Part shown: positions 23,257-37,258 of the stretch, one piece after another
How positions within the stretch are numbered: the stretch's first letter is position 1
How the letters are laid out: every line of letters starts with the position of its first letter
From: Zancudomyces culisetae HAW-14-8
Lineage: Eukaryota > Fungi > Kickxellomycota
Assembly (NCBI GenBank): GCA_052426225.1
Contig: JBNJNM010000006.1
Coordinates: 930,001-994,000, forward strand
Reading direction: 5' to 3'
Length of the DNA stretch: 64,000 nucleotides
Translations under genes and position numbers: made by a program
Notes under the pieces: generated by a model
What the model was told of the DNA's origin: nothing
Seen by the model: only the letters and a program-made list of their open reading frames with translations
Database searches by the model: none

Positions 23257-24781
23257 TTGATATTAATGTGTATATTTCTATTCATATTATTGTAATTTAA
23301 TTATAATTATTATATTTAGTTTTAATACTGGGTTAGATTTATATTAATGTTTATAACAAAGTTAATAGATAAACGGTGATAAAATTTTATATATTGTAAA
23401 TTAAGTTTGGCATCTCGTTTAATAACATTTTATATTAAAACTAATAGTATATGTATTAGTGTATTTTTTAACTAGTAAATTATTAATGACTTTGTTAATC
23501 AACTGTATGAATTAGTTTATATGTATAAATAGTGTATATAATGGTATATAACAAACAATAAGTTGTAATATCAAACTTATTGTAAAATTAAACAAATTAA
23601 ACGGTTTACTCAAACGGGTATTTTACACGACTGAAGAACAACGTCCATAGTCAAAAATACACAGAGGAATTTTAGGGGTTCATAGTCATGAAACTATTTT
23701 ACTTAGGTTGGTAAGCTTAATGATTCAATGCTAAGATATAATGGTAATTGAATATGACTAAAAATTAGTTTAAAACTTATGGGTTAATATTGTGATTCTG
23801 ACGTGTAGATATATGCCGAGAACATTGAGGCAATTTGCTTTTATTATATTGGTCTTTATGATAAAGTTTTATTAGTAATTGAAATTTAACTTTACATATA
23901 CTCTTGTGGTTTTTATCATATAGTTATTTAAAAAACCACAAATCTATAAATTTGTATTTAACTTTTTTTTAAAATAATTTGTCAACAAGCATCGTTTATA
24001 ATTAATAAAATTAATTTTATGAATATATAAAATCGACTGGCAAAGTATATAATTATTTAATTTTTAATTAAAATAATTTAATATTGTCACGACTTGACAC
24101 TAAGTACTATTTGTATTAAGTATGGCTATGATATATTTAATAAAATACTATGAGATGAAAAATAATATATTGCTAAAGTTTCCTAAAGCAATAAAATACT
24201 TGTCCTTATATAGCTTTACATTATACAAAATTATTGTAAAACATAATAATAACTATACTTATACTTCTGAAAACTAAATAATATTAACTGTCAACTCCAC
24301 AGTTATCATTTAATAATATGGGTAAAACCAATTTATTAAAAATTATTTATTCTACTTCATATTTAATAATTTATCGAGTAAGAATTAAAGCGGAGAAAAA
24401 TTAAATAAATTTAACATTTGCTAATTTAATTCATATTACAAAATGCATTAAGTCTGAATGGATCATGACAAATATTTATATTATTTAGTATAAATTTAAT
24501 TTAATAATCATATTGTCACAAATATACTTCCAATTTATTGCTTACGCTTTAGTATGTCCGAATTATTTAATCATTTCTAGTCTACTAAAAGTATATTTAT
24601 ACTATTATCTTTAAACTTATATGTTGTGAAATCTTATCTTTATTGATATATAAAATTCCTAATCAAGTCTAAACTTAATCATAAAACTGTAAAGTTTATA
24701 TTTATACCTAGATTAAATTTTTAAGCTTTAAACCTGTCCAATAACGTATAAACACCACTAATGAGTAAAAAATACTATTAT

Positions 24782-27192
24782 TGTAGATATTTCTAAACAT
24801 TAGTTGTCTCGCACGACCTCCCCCCACTTAAGTTAAATATCTATCGGTTCTCTATATCGACCAACTGTCGACCTCGCATTTCCACTTTGTATTTCCGGTA
24901 TCATATTCGTAGCACCGTGGTATAGTTTCAATCGATCGCCGTGTACGATATCTGTATATCCTTCCTTATCCGTAATGTAATAAGTTCCATTGTTACTTAC
25001 TTCAGTTATTCTGTATGGGCCTTCCCATACAGCATCAAATTTATTTACATTTGCCGAGATTCTTAACCAAACAAAATTGCCAATTTTGAATGAAAATTTT
25101 TTGCCTTCGTAGTATTTTGAATTCCCAAATTCCTCAATTCTGGAATTTTGTCGTTTATTAATTTAATTCTTTCCAAAACTGCTTCTTCGTAATCATATAC
25201 TTCACCGTTCGGTTTCCATGTATTAGGCATATCCAATTCAACGCCAAATAACAATTCAGCTGGGCCGTAGTTGGTGTTTCTGTTTTTCGTTACTCGTATC
25301 GCAAACATGGCTTTCCAAACGTAACAATCCCAGTTGTCTTTATCGCTTTCGCATATTTTCGCTAATATATTCTTAATTGCTCCATTTAACCTTTCGACTT
25401 GCCCGTTTGATTGTGGACGATGGGCAGTTGTAGTTTTGTGGGTTTTACCTAAAAAATTCATTACATTATCTAATATATTACTTGTAAAATTACTACCTCT
25501 ATCACTGATAATATTTCTAGGGATCCCATAGTGTTGGATAATATCGTTCATGATAAAGTCCACTACCGTTTCTGTCTTAATATTTCCACCGCTCTCGCAA
25601 TAGGCCTTTTGCTGAGGTAATCCACTGTGGTAAGTATATACCTGTTTCCACTTTTACTAGTAGGTGTAATAGGACCCACCGCATCGATGCCAAAAATGTC
25701 GAATACTTTAGTCGCCTTAATCGGGTGAAGTGGTTCCTTTCTACTTGTCGAGCCTTTGTATTTCTGACAAGTTATGCATTCACTAACTACCCTTTGTACT
25801 ATATAGTATAGGCCTGCTCCTGCATACCTCTTCTTTACTGCTTCCCATGTGTTTGAAACACCTAAATGGGCTTCTTCGTGTATTTCGGTAATTTTACTTA
25901 TTTCGTTTTCTTCGTTTAAAACTTCCAATAAACCATATTTTAAACTATTTCTGTATAACTTGTCGTTGTTCAATTTGTATAATCTCGCTTGATTTCGTAA
26001 TTTTCTTCGAAATTCTTCGTCCGCATTGTTTGGGTACAACCCACTAGTCAAATAGTTTTTAATAGCATTATACCTGAGAATTTCCAAGCTGTAAAGTTCG
26101 TGTGCCTTTATACTGATATCCTCTGTATTACTTGAACTGCGGTCGTCGATCGCTCTTGAAATGTAGTCCGCTTGGTTATCCTTGCCTTTCCTGTGTCGGA
26201 TTTCAAAGTCGTATTCCGTTAATGCCATTATCCATCTGGCTAGTCTACCTGTGGGTCTTTCGTTTTTATAATTGATGTAAGTGCTGAATGGTCAGTATAT
26301 AATATAAACTTGTTACCATATAAATAGTTTCCATAGTATTTAAAAGCCCAAATAACTGCGAGTGCTTAATATGTGTAGCACTATAATTTTTTTCTGCCTT
26401 TATTAGTGATCTGCTAGCAAACGATAACGGTCTGTCGACACCTTCGATTACCTGTGATAAAATTGCACCCAAACCTAAGTAGCTTGCATTCGTAGTCAGT
26501 ATAAACTCGTGTGTTAGATCCGGGTCTGCTAGAACTGCATTCTTGAGTAGTTGATCTTTGAGTATCTTTGTTGCTGCCACTTGTTCTTCACCCCAGTACC
26601 AGGTAACATTCTTTTTCAAAAGTTTATATAGGCAGTTTGCAATCGTTGCAAAGTTTTCTATGAACCTTCGGTAATACCCAATAAACCCTAAAAAAGACTG
26701 TAATTCTTTAATATTAGTAGGATCCTTAAGTTTGTTTACCAGTGCGAGCTTACTTGGATCAGCTGCCACCCCCTCCTTTGAAATTTGGTGGCCCAGATAT
26801 GTAAGTTTTGTTAAACCAAGTTTGCATTTAGATGTTTTTAGTTTGATATTTGCGTCATTTAGTAATTTTAACACTTTCTCCAAGTCACTCAAGTGTGTAT
26901 TAAAATCTTTACTAAATATTATTATATCATCTACAAATCACACGTAGATATTCATAGACTATTGATAATACGGATTCCAAAAGTCTCTGGAATGTGGCAG
27001 GACTGTTACACAGGCCGAAAGGCGTCACGTTGTAACCGAATGTGCACATTCCCGGTACTGCAAATGCTGTTTATTTTACGTCTTCTTCGGCCATCTTCAC
27101 TTGCCAAAACCCAATGTATGCAGCAAGGGTTGTGAAATAGTGTGAACCGCCTAGGGTATCGAGATCCTCTACTAACTATGGTAAGGGATATA
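24782..27192 (-). pseudogene. Ty3/gypsy element 4 remnant (RT-RH-IN fragments, polypurine tract, short LTR stub)
   Basis: ORFs 26266-26892, 25563-26228 and 25063-25563 with LQSFLG, GIDAVGP, SDRG, GQVERLN; polypurine tract near 24817-24826; cut by a Tc1 at 27193. Confidence 0.88.
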
Positions 27193-28796
27193 CAGTGACT
27201 CATTCAATTGTTCAAATGTTTTAGATGTTCATTCAAAAATTAGTCTATCTCACGAATATTATATCGTATCACTATAAAAATTACAAATATTATACATTAA
27301 TATACCATGTATTACCTATCATATTTTTAGATTGCTTGAACCAGTCAATCAACTGTAGTTATGCTTTTTGTAATATTATTTTATATTCATATTTTTTGCT
27401 AATACTAAAAAAATTTATAAACTTAATTAATCTAGTATTTAGTATATCCACCCCTGGCTTTCAATACTACCGTAATTCTTGCAGACTAACTACTGATTAG
27501 ATATATACACTCGTCACGTGTTATCTTATGCCACTCGTCTTGTACGCGGTCCCAAAGTTCGTTCATCTCTTTTGGTGCATTTTCGTGATCTGACAGCCGT
27601 CTTTTCAAATTGACCCATAGATGTTCAATTGGATTTAGGTCAGGTGACTGTGCTGGCCAGTCAAGCACCTGATTGAGTTAGTTTGCAACCATTCTTTAGT
27701 AATTTTCGCGGTGTGTTTTGGATCGTTATCATGCTGCAAAATTGTACTTTCCCTGTCTAAGTCGTACCACTCCATTGATTTTACCAGTTCGTCTTCAAGA
27801 ATATCACAGTACAATTCTGCATTAAGTCAGCAATCAATTATAGTAAGATATCCTGGGCCTTTTGAAGTCATGCATCCCCATAACATGATTGAACCTCCAC
27901 CATGTTTTATAGTTTTTTTAATATGGTTCGGTTTTAACTGGCTCCCTTGTTTTTTCCAGCACCACATGCGCCCATCTGACCCAAATCTGTTAATTTTAGT
28001 CTTGTCTGACCATATCACACGTTTCCAGTCTTCTACAGTCCAATGCTGATTATTATTAGCAAATGCAAGTCGTTGTTTATTATGGACTAATTTTAGCATA
28101 GGTTTTTTGACCTTAGGTTTTGCACTTAAACTATATTTATTCAAGCTATTCCGCACTGTTTGATGAACCACAGATACAAGGCCATTATCCTTGAGAAATT
28201 TTGTAGTGTCTGTCACTGTATCAAATTGTCCAGACGTAATTTTCCGTATTATTAATCGCTCATTAGCTTTGTCAATTTATTTGTGCTGCCAGGTGATATA
28301 TTTTTTATTATGGACGATATTTTTTTTTATGTTAAATATTGTCCCTTTCTAATAGATAGTTTAGATGCAATTAGGCTATATGAGTATCCATTATCCAGCA
28401 GATTTATAACACTCTAAACTTTTACATTATTGAGTGTTTTCATCGTATTTAAATTGATCTAAAATTTATTTTTTAATAATATATTGTATTGTGTAAATAA
28501 TAAAAGTTATATATAGTAACATATAATTTTTTATAATGATATCTAAAATTATGAAAAAGATATCATTAAAATTGATAAATTTAATTTAAAACCAAATAAT
28601 TGTTCAAATAAAATTATTACAAAAAGTATAACTACAGTTGATTGGATGATTTAAGTATTCTAAAATTTTGATAGGTAATACATGGCATATTAATGTATTT
28701 AATTGTAATTTTTAAAGTGATACGATATAATGTTCGTGAGATAGATAAATTTTTGAATGAACATCAAAAACATTTGAACAATTTTTTAAGACACTG
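27193..28796 (-). mobile_element. Full-length Tc1/mariner element B (1.6 kb) with long TIRs and a pseudogenised transposase
   Basis: TA|CAGTG...CACTG|TA; imperfect inverted ends of about 200 bp; WKRVIWSDK, KHGGGSIMLWGC and WPAQSPDLNPIEHLW motifs. Confidence 0.93.
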
Positions 28797-30430
28797 TATA
28801 TAATACTGTCATGTGAATATTTAATTTTTTTATTTTAATTGCTTAAGTCATATCGAAAACTAGATATAATTATTTGCCCTTTTATAAATTTTTTGGTCAA
28901 ACGTACTACTACTTTAATATTTTAAATTATAAAGTTATAACAGTTATATACACGTGAAATATATAATATAATAATAATATTGTATCAGGGGGTTTCCCCT
29001 TGTTGAATGAGAAAAGAAGTTGTAAATCATTTATATGATTCCCATGACTCATATATGACGGTGTGTTGCGCAGATTTACAAGGTTGTTACGTGAATTTAA
29101 TTTAACCATCTTTGCAATTTATTAAAAACCTACTGGAAAAAAATAAAATTTGTGATGATTTAAATTCACGACAAAACACAGTGTCGCATTATTAACAATT
29201 TGTACAAGAGTACGTGAATGAGCCTGAAAATGGTAACCTCAGTGCGAAAATGCAAATTCATTTTGTATATTATTTTTAAATATATATCAAATAATTTTGA
29301 GCTCAGTATCAATCAATTTATCATACTGAACTAGTTCAATAATGATGGATTAATATGTAAAATGATTTCATGCATTTTACATTTATCACAAATAACAACA
29401 TTCATTAGTAATATTTTAACAATAGTCATATAAGTGTATTTAGTTTATTAATATTAGTTAATATTTGAATAATATATCTAAGAAGACGTATGGATGAATA
29501 TGAAAACCTCATCCATGTCTCGATACGGAATAATATACAATCAACTAAATAAAATTTAATATAAAACCTAAAGATATATAAGCAATATGTTTTTAAACAG
29601 TTGGATTGGAACCAAGGGTGACTCCAGGAGGGATTCATACACTTCTACCAGCATGAGCAGGGGCAGCAGCATGGATCAGGATGCTGGGGTATTAAGCCCC
29701 CAGACCTAGAAAGATCTGACCACTAGCGTGCGTCAGATACAGATCCGTAGCAGCCTAGGGAGTCCGTCGGGGATCAGACTTTCCCCTACACCTCCAAAGG
29801 GGTGAGTGTTACCCCATTCTGCGCAAATGGGGATAAGGTTACAGAACAATTGTGTAACCCCCAGTACCCATATTGCGACATGTGTGTTTTGTAATATTAT
29901 TTAATTATGTTTGCCTTTTTAGGGGCTTTGTACTCAACTCCGAACTCTATCGCACTTGTATAGTTTTTATCCTACACTCTTGCTAAATGTTCGTTTTATG
30001 AAGTTAGTACAGTTGAATTTTTTGTATATCTTTTTTTTTTATTAATTCGTTTTCACTTTCCAACTGTGTAAAATTTATCTATCTTTTGTTATCTCAAAAA
30101 CCTATTAAAAACATATCCTGATAACGACTAACCTGATATCAAGGATAGTAATAGGATAAAACCCTCCATAGTGAGAAAAGTTCAACCTCCAATGTAAACT
30201 AATATGATAAAATAAATATGATAAAAAAATATGATAAATAGACTGCCAATCAAGCTAGAAGGTATGAACTATCATTTTTATGATAGTTTTGTCGTGTTTA
30301 TTTAACCATTTATATATATGAGAGTTTTTTCCACTAGGTTTTTTCGCTCGGTTTATATTTATTTTAGCATAATTTAATTGATTTTTACATCATAAACCCG
30401 TTTAATGTATATATATATATATATTTAACT

Positions 30431-30560
30431 AAAGGGTATTCAGGGGTATCTAGGGGTTCTCAAGGGTTTTCAGGGGTATCTAGGGGTTTTCAGGGGTTTT
30501 CAGGGGTATCTAGGGGTATACAGGGGTATTCAGGGGTATTCAGGGGTATTCAGGGGTAGT
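30431..30560 (+). repeat. 10-bp G-rich tandem repeat (consensus CAGGGGTATT), 13 copies, inside a solo LTR
   Basis: Read directly from the sequence. Confidence 0.95.
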
Positions 30561-33475
30561 CAAGGATACTAAGTGGTTGTTAATTCTTCACTCTGACTTT
30601 ATGTAGAATAAGACAATATATCTAACATTAAATCTAAATGCTTAAGTCAAAAAAACGAATAAATTGATAGAATAATTCATACGATTCAAAAACATACATG
30701 TTTTAATATAAACTTTTATAATATTAAATACATTAAAAATAAAAAACAATAAATATATAAAATAATACACTCAACAGTTTGTCGTATATAAAAACGACAG
30801 TTTACACCGCCAATGGGGTAAAACGTTGGAGCAATTGTGTACCGAGCAGGCTATAACTCTTTGTTAACCAAAGTGCTTGTACATCAATTGCATAAACGTT
30901 TTAACGTTAATTACTTAGTATATTATCTATATAATTAATAATTATCAAACCATTATAAATAGCGACAAACAGGACTCTATGGCGTTCCTCGTTCGACTTT
31001 TCCAAATTTAGTAACGTTGTTATACTAATAAAGATTATACAACAAAGCAATTAAAGTCTTGAACCTAATTTATTAAGAGTATACAGTTTCGTCGTGCTGT
31101 TATATATAAAATTACTAATTACAAAAATTTATGATATGTTTGTTTTATAGTGGAATTATATACGTGTATTTCATTGTATTTTATTGGTTAATATTTAGTA
31201 TTAAATATGCATTAAATAGTATAGTTTTGAATTAATTAATATATTTGTTAATAATTGTTTTAAAATACATTATATACATTCATGTTTATTATAATAATTC
31301 TCCATGACCAAATCAAGATGGTTACAAAATGAAATTGTAACCATATACAAATTACTATAATGTAACTAAGTAAAATTTAATATTTGTTACTAAGTACAAA
31401 TTATTAAATTCATCTAACCAAGTCAAGTAAAAATGAATTTCGCGATGAAATTCCGTTATAAAAATATATACAGACCATTTTAGGTAATAAGAAACCTAGA
31501 AAGAATTCCGAAACTAATAATTCAAATAATCGTCAGAATAACATGAATGACGCAATCATTGACACACTAAACTCACGGTAGTTAATCACATCAGTTACTC
31601 ATAAGTTTAATAGTCAAATTTATATTTTGATAGCAACTTTACATAAGAAAATTTTATATGGAAAAATCTCTGGAGTAAAAGTATAATAACCCTTTCGAAA
31701 TCCATCGAAAGAGAACTTAAGAGAAAAATATCTTAAGCACTATTGAATATCATATTTTTCTAAATTATATAAAAGTAATAAATAAATAAAATTAAAATAT
31801 TTAAGTTTAACAATATTGTATTATTTTCACTAATTAATAATATTATTAATATATTAATATAAGAGTCCCGTCCTGTATAATACTGGGTAATTATATTACT
31901 CAGTAGAACGTTAAACATGTAATTATACGACATGTTTGTTAACGAAATTGTATGTTTATATAGAAAATCCGTTTATATATTAGTTATGTTGGTTATTAGG
32001 AATATAAGTGTTGTAGAATATACCTGTAACTTCGATTAATGAGCTCACTTAATCCATTTTAATGATCTTAAAAAATATCATATAATGGCAAAATACTGCA
32101 TACTCTTAGTATATGTGTATAATATGTAAAAATATAAGATATGAACCAAAAATTACTATCAAAATTATCAATAAATTAACCTAACAAAAATTGACAAGGA
32201 AATAAGAGTCCAATTTCTAAAATAATTTTGATTACGTATTTCATTTGAATTTCTTCAACTTCCATACACGTTTTTTATAAAGTATAAAAATTAACGACAT
32301 GTTTTGTAAAAATTTATAGCTTATATTTTACCCGTTATGGGTGCACAATGTCAATACACTAGTTAATTTCTTTACGGAGGGTTTTAGGTCCACCGTTTAT
32401 ACGAATAACTTGGTTAGTGTAGACACTTGTTATAAGTTAATTATTGATTATTCATTAATTTATACTATAAAAACTATATATCTGTAATTGTATAAATAAA
32501 ACTATTAACCAAAAAACTCTTCATTCAAACAAAATGATAACGTAGACATGTTATCAAGTAAAATGAATAAAATCTACTCAGGGAGAAAAGTCCAACCTTC
32601 CCAATAATTTTATACTAATAATAATAATAATGTTAATAATAATAAAATAATAATATTATTAATATTAAATATCCAATTACCTATCCAATTCCTGACATAA
32701 GGTAATCCATCAATTTCGAAATGACAGATTGATATATTTTTATTATTAATATATGTATTAACTATAATTGTTCTATAATATTCCTTTTAGATAATTATTT
32801 ACTATAATATATGGTAATTATATATTTAAATAATTAATTTATGTGTCTTTATTTTATTTATTTAGTCAAATAATTCACTTTTATATACGTTTTTTCATCT
32901 AAGTAAAAATCAATTTAAATAATATACTGAAACTAAACTTCATTAAGCCTAATACAATAAATTACTATTAAAATTTATATAGCTAAACAAACGTTTGTAT
33001 TGCGACACTATGAGTCATCAGAAAAAACAAGATGATGATATTTTCATCTATAGATAAAAAAACTGATCCTCATTAGTTATCATGCCGTCCTGCCCAATAT
33101 ATGAAATGTCTGTTGTCGTGTATTTAAACCACCGCAATTTATAAATAGCAATATTGAAGTAAGTCGTAGATGGTAATATTAATTCACGTAGTACATCTGG
33201 AAATCTGTTATGTTACCACTGAAAATCTGTGAATGTTGCAGAAGTAAATCTGTGAAGTTTACAATACATCATGAGAATAAGATTCCCAGTATGTGACTAA
33301 GGCCTGATACACGAGGAATCAATTGAGTAAATTATATAGTTAATTATTAAGTTTAATTTTGTTAGTATTGGTTGAAAGAATATTTAAAGTTCTATTTTAC
33401 ATTCTGTAGACAACAATTATAAAAAGATAACAAATTCTAAATAAATTCTCATAGAGTTCAAAAAAAATAAGTAAT

Positions 33476-33790
33476 TTATAAATTTATACGACATGTGGCA
33501 TTATGGGTACTGGGGGTTACACAATTGTTCTGTAACCTTATCCCCATTTGCGCAGAATGGGGTGACACACACCCCTTTGGAGGTGTAGGGGAAAGTCTGA
33601 TCCCCGACGGACTCCCTAGGCTGCTACTGATCTGTATCTGACGCACGCTCGTGGTCAGATCTTTCAAGGTCTGGGGGCTTAATACCCCAGCATCCTGATC
33701 CATGCTGCTGCCGGTACTTCTTCCGGAAGATGATGAAGTGGTACTTATTACCTTCTTCTCATCTTCATACCCATTTGAGTAGTACTTTTT
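33476..33790 (-). pseudogene. LTR-embedded Ser/Pro-rich ORF, family J copy
   Basis: MDQDAGVLSPQTLKDLTTSVRQIQI, homologous to 52999-53316; the start codon is mutated. Confidence 0.55.
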
Positions 33791-36700
33791 GTAGTTTGGT
33801 TATATTTATATTATTAACAGGATTATTTTTTAATACGTCCGTAATTAAGACATGAATCACGTTTATAAATTATCTTATGTCTTAATTAATATAAACTAAC
33901 TCTTTATAAATAATCACTAAACTATCATCCATAAAAAATAATATTAATATATTAATATTTGTGTTTAAACGTTTGGTATGAATGTGTTGTTAACAATCAA
34001 TCATACATATCCCAACGTTTCTTGGATCAACAATGGAATTGTTCAGCAACGTGTAATCTGATACAATACACGTTGCTATGCCGTCATACCCGGATCTAGT
34101 ATCTCGAGACTTTTGTGGCTCTGTTTAAAAGTTTTAGTTTTAATCTCAGTTATTTAATTATATAATGATATCATAGTATGCTTCCCTAAAAATGAGTGTG
34201 TAAAAATATATCTCTTGTATTAATTATAAATGAAATAAAAAAGATAAGTAAAGACTTCATAAAAACTACGAGTTACCTCGTACAAAAATTTCGATAAATA
34301 ATTATTCAAAATGGTACATATACTAAATTTTAATAATAATTTAGATGAAACAGCGGCAAATTTGGCTTAGTGCAATAATATCCACTTCTCAACTGTCATA
34401 TCTAAAATGATGTGTACACCTACCGGCTGGTGATTGGATTGCACCTTGTTACATTTATCTATTTATAATTAGTTTTATTATATTAATATTGGTGGAGATT
34501 TGAACTTTTTTCCAATGAGGGATTAGATCCAATTTCTAATAGTTGATATTGTTCGGGATATTTAATGGGTGGAGTACATGATAGTTTTTTAGATAGTCAG
34601 ATTTATATAGTTATATATATATAGTTTTAAGAAGAAAAGAAAATACCGTCAGAAATTATAAAATAGTTTCATAAGTTTCTACATTTAAAGTTATTATATT
34701 CTTAGACTGTGAAGCTTAATACTAATTCAGCATCGAGTGTTGTAGGGTGTAGTGACACTAATCGCTTAAAGCGATGATAAGTATTTAAGATTAAAATTAA
34801 ATATTACAACGATGTTGTATGCTTAGTTCTATCCAAGCTAAACTATTGGATGAACAGCATACAGCATCTCAAACATTGATTAACCACCGTTATCTCGGGT
34901 GTTCGAGCAAGAAATCTGGGATTTCTTGGGTAATAAATTACCCAAATGTTGGAGAAATATTCAGTTTTAATTGTTTTATTTTAAGTTTCTATTATATAAA
35001 GTTCTAATAAAATAGCTAGTCAGGTACTAGTATATTACTAGCAACCTCACCACAAGTTTGGTGGTTTTATCTTTTTATTTTTAAAAGTTATTCATTAAAT
35101 AAAATACAAATTAGCTCTAAAATACTTGATTTTACTCTATAAAATTGAAATTTGTGATTTGAGCTAAAACCGACCTAAAACCAAAAAAAAACATAGGTAG
35201 TGAAGCGTAACACAATTTTCAAAGGGTATCAGAAAGGTATCAGAGTCTAATTTTTGGACCAAAATTAATTGTTTTGCACACCAAATTTTAGGAGTTGGGC
35301 GTAATTTTACCCAGTTTTATCGCATTTATTGAAGTAATAAATACATAAAACTAAATTAAATAAAAGCTAAAAACGTAGGGTTGACTGGTTAAATAAAGTA
35401 AAACTTATTCCAGTAACAATCCCCCTCTAATAGCAGAACTTTTTGTAGGTTTAGTCACGGAAATTTCCTGAGAAATTTTCTGCAAACTAAAATTATACAG
35501 ACATTTCTTATCAAAAATGATAGTGAACACCCACCGGACTATGATTTTATACACATATTATACATTTATATATTTATAATTAATTTTATTATTTTTTATT
35601 GGTTGTGATTGGACCTTTCTCCTTATGGAGGGTTTTATCCAATTTATAATAGTAATATCAGTTCAGGATATTTAATGGTAGAGTGAAAATATTTTAGTTA
35701 GCTAGTTAGTATTTATATAGTTGATAGATATAGATTATGTAAGAAAAAATATAGTCAGATAAAAAATATAAGTTTCATAAGTGTCTACATTTAAAGTTTC
35801 TACATTCTTAGACTGAGTAGCTTAATACCTATGCAGCATCGAGTGAGGTAGAGTTTAGTGACACGAATATCCCATAACGGGTAATAATATTAATATTAAA
35901 ATATTTTATTACAGACTGTAGTAATATTATTAATTGAATAATAGTAAATATTTATTATTTAAGTTTTATTAAATATATAAAGTAAAAAGATATTTTTTTA
36001 AGAAATAGTTCGAAACTTCTTTTGTTAAAAGTAAAGAAAAGTTGGGGTTTATATAGATTTTCTGTATGTCAACATTGTTTTGAAATCACTAACATGTTCT
36101 TCTGTTGTTCAAACATGTTTTATTAATTGATGCGTTGTTTATCTTTTCTACCCCTACATTTCTTATCATGTTAACAGTTCACTCAAAACAGCATCGTTAC
36201 CCCGTGTTATTCACACGAGGTTTGGAGTAATTTATCCGCATGATAAATAACACTGATTTATTTTGAAACAAATAAATGCATTAATAAAATTAAATGATAT
36301 TAATACTAAAAAATGTAACAAATGTAAGGGGAAAACTCAGTGGGAATAAGTGCCCATACATATACTATAAAAACTAATACGACAACTGTTATATAGTAGT
36401 GCAGATCACCTCTAGCCACTGTATAATCGACTAACAAATATTCTTTATTTATTTATATTTAAATTATGTTGATCACAGTATGTGATCGATTCTTATATAT
36501 TATTTGTTTAATTATAATTATTTGATGTGCAAGGTAGTTTTTTTTACCCTTTGGGTTTTTTCTAGGCTTGTACTAATACATAAATAATAGTTTATTAGTA
36601 TACTTTAATTTTTATTAGTTTAATATTTAGTTTTATAGTAGTTTATTAAGTATTAATTTATTATAAATAGTACAAGTTTTTTCAGTACTAAACATTATCA

Positions 36701-37217
36701 AATAAAATAGTTTTGGTCTATTTACTAAAAGTCTTTAGCATATATAGTGAAAACTTAGATAAAATAGTACATAGTATATATTAGTTAACGTAGTAAATAT
36801 ATATTTTTGAAATAGCGAACGAGTTGGCAGCTTATTCGCTAACAATACACTGTCGTATAGTACAATAGTACTATGTTTTAGTTTAGTTTTGTTTATTTTA
36901 GTATATTTTTTAGTTCAATTTTATAAAGTTATTTTAGATAGGTTTTATTGGCTAAAATTACGTAAAGGAAAAACAATGAAAATTGAATCCCTTTAATCGT
37001 AATTAGTTTTTATTTAAGGTTTGGTAGAGTTTTTGTGAGAGTTTTATCTATCAGATTTTGTGGTTCACATTAATAAATATTAGATTCTAATCACTCAATA
37101 TATCAGTACAAGTTAATCTTTAAGTGGTATTAGTTATCAAGGATAATACTTACTTAGAGTTACAAATTATATTGTTTTTACATTAGGTATAAATAAAATT
37201 TCTTTATTATACGACAG

Positions 37218-37237
37218 TGGTGCCTTCTGTCGGAATC
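37218..37237 (+). promoter_or_regulatory. Primer binding site TGGTGCCTTCTGTCGGAATC (tRNA identity uncertain, possibly Thr)
   Basis: TGG start 1 bp after the LTR; looks like the complement of a tRNA acceptor/T arm. Confidence 0.8.
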
Positions 37238-37258
37238 TACATCGATACTAATTGAATC

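Noticed and set aside
23262-24780. Possible host gene or unique functional DNA
   Set aside because: Very AT-rich, no ORF of 60 aa or more, and no recognisable RNA gene or repeat; left unassigned.
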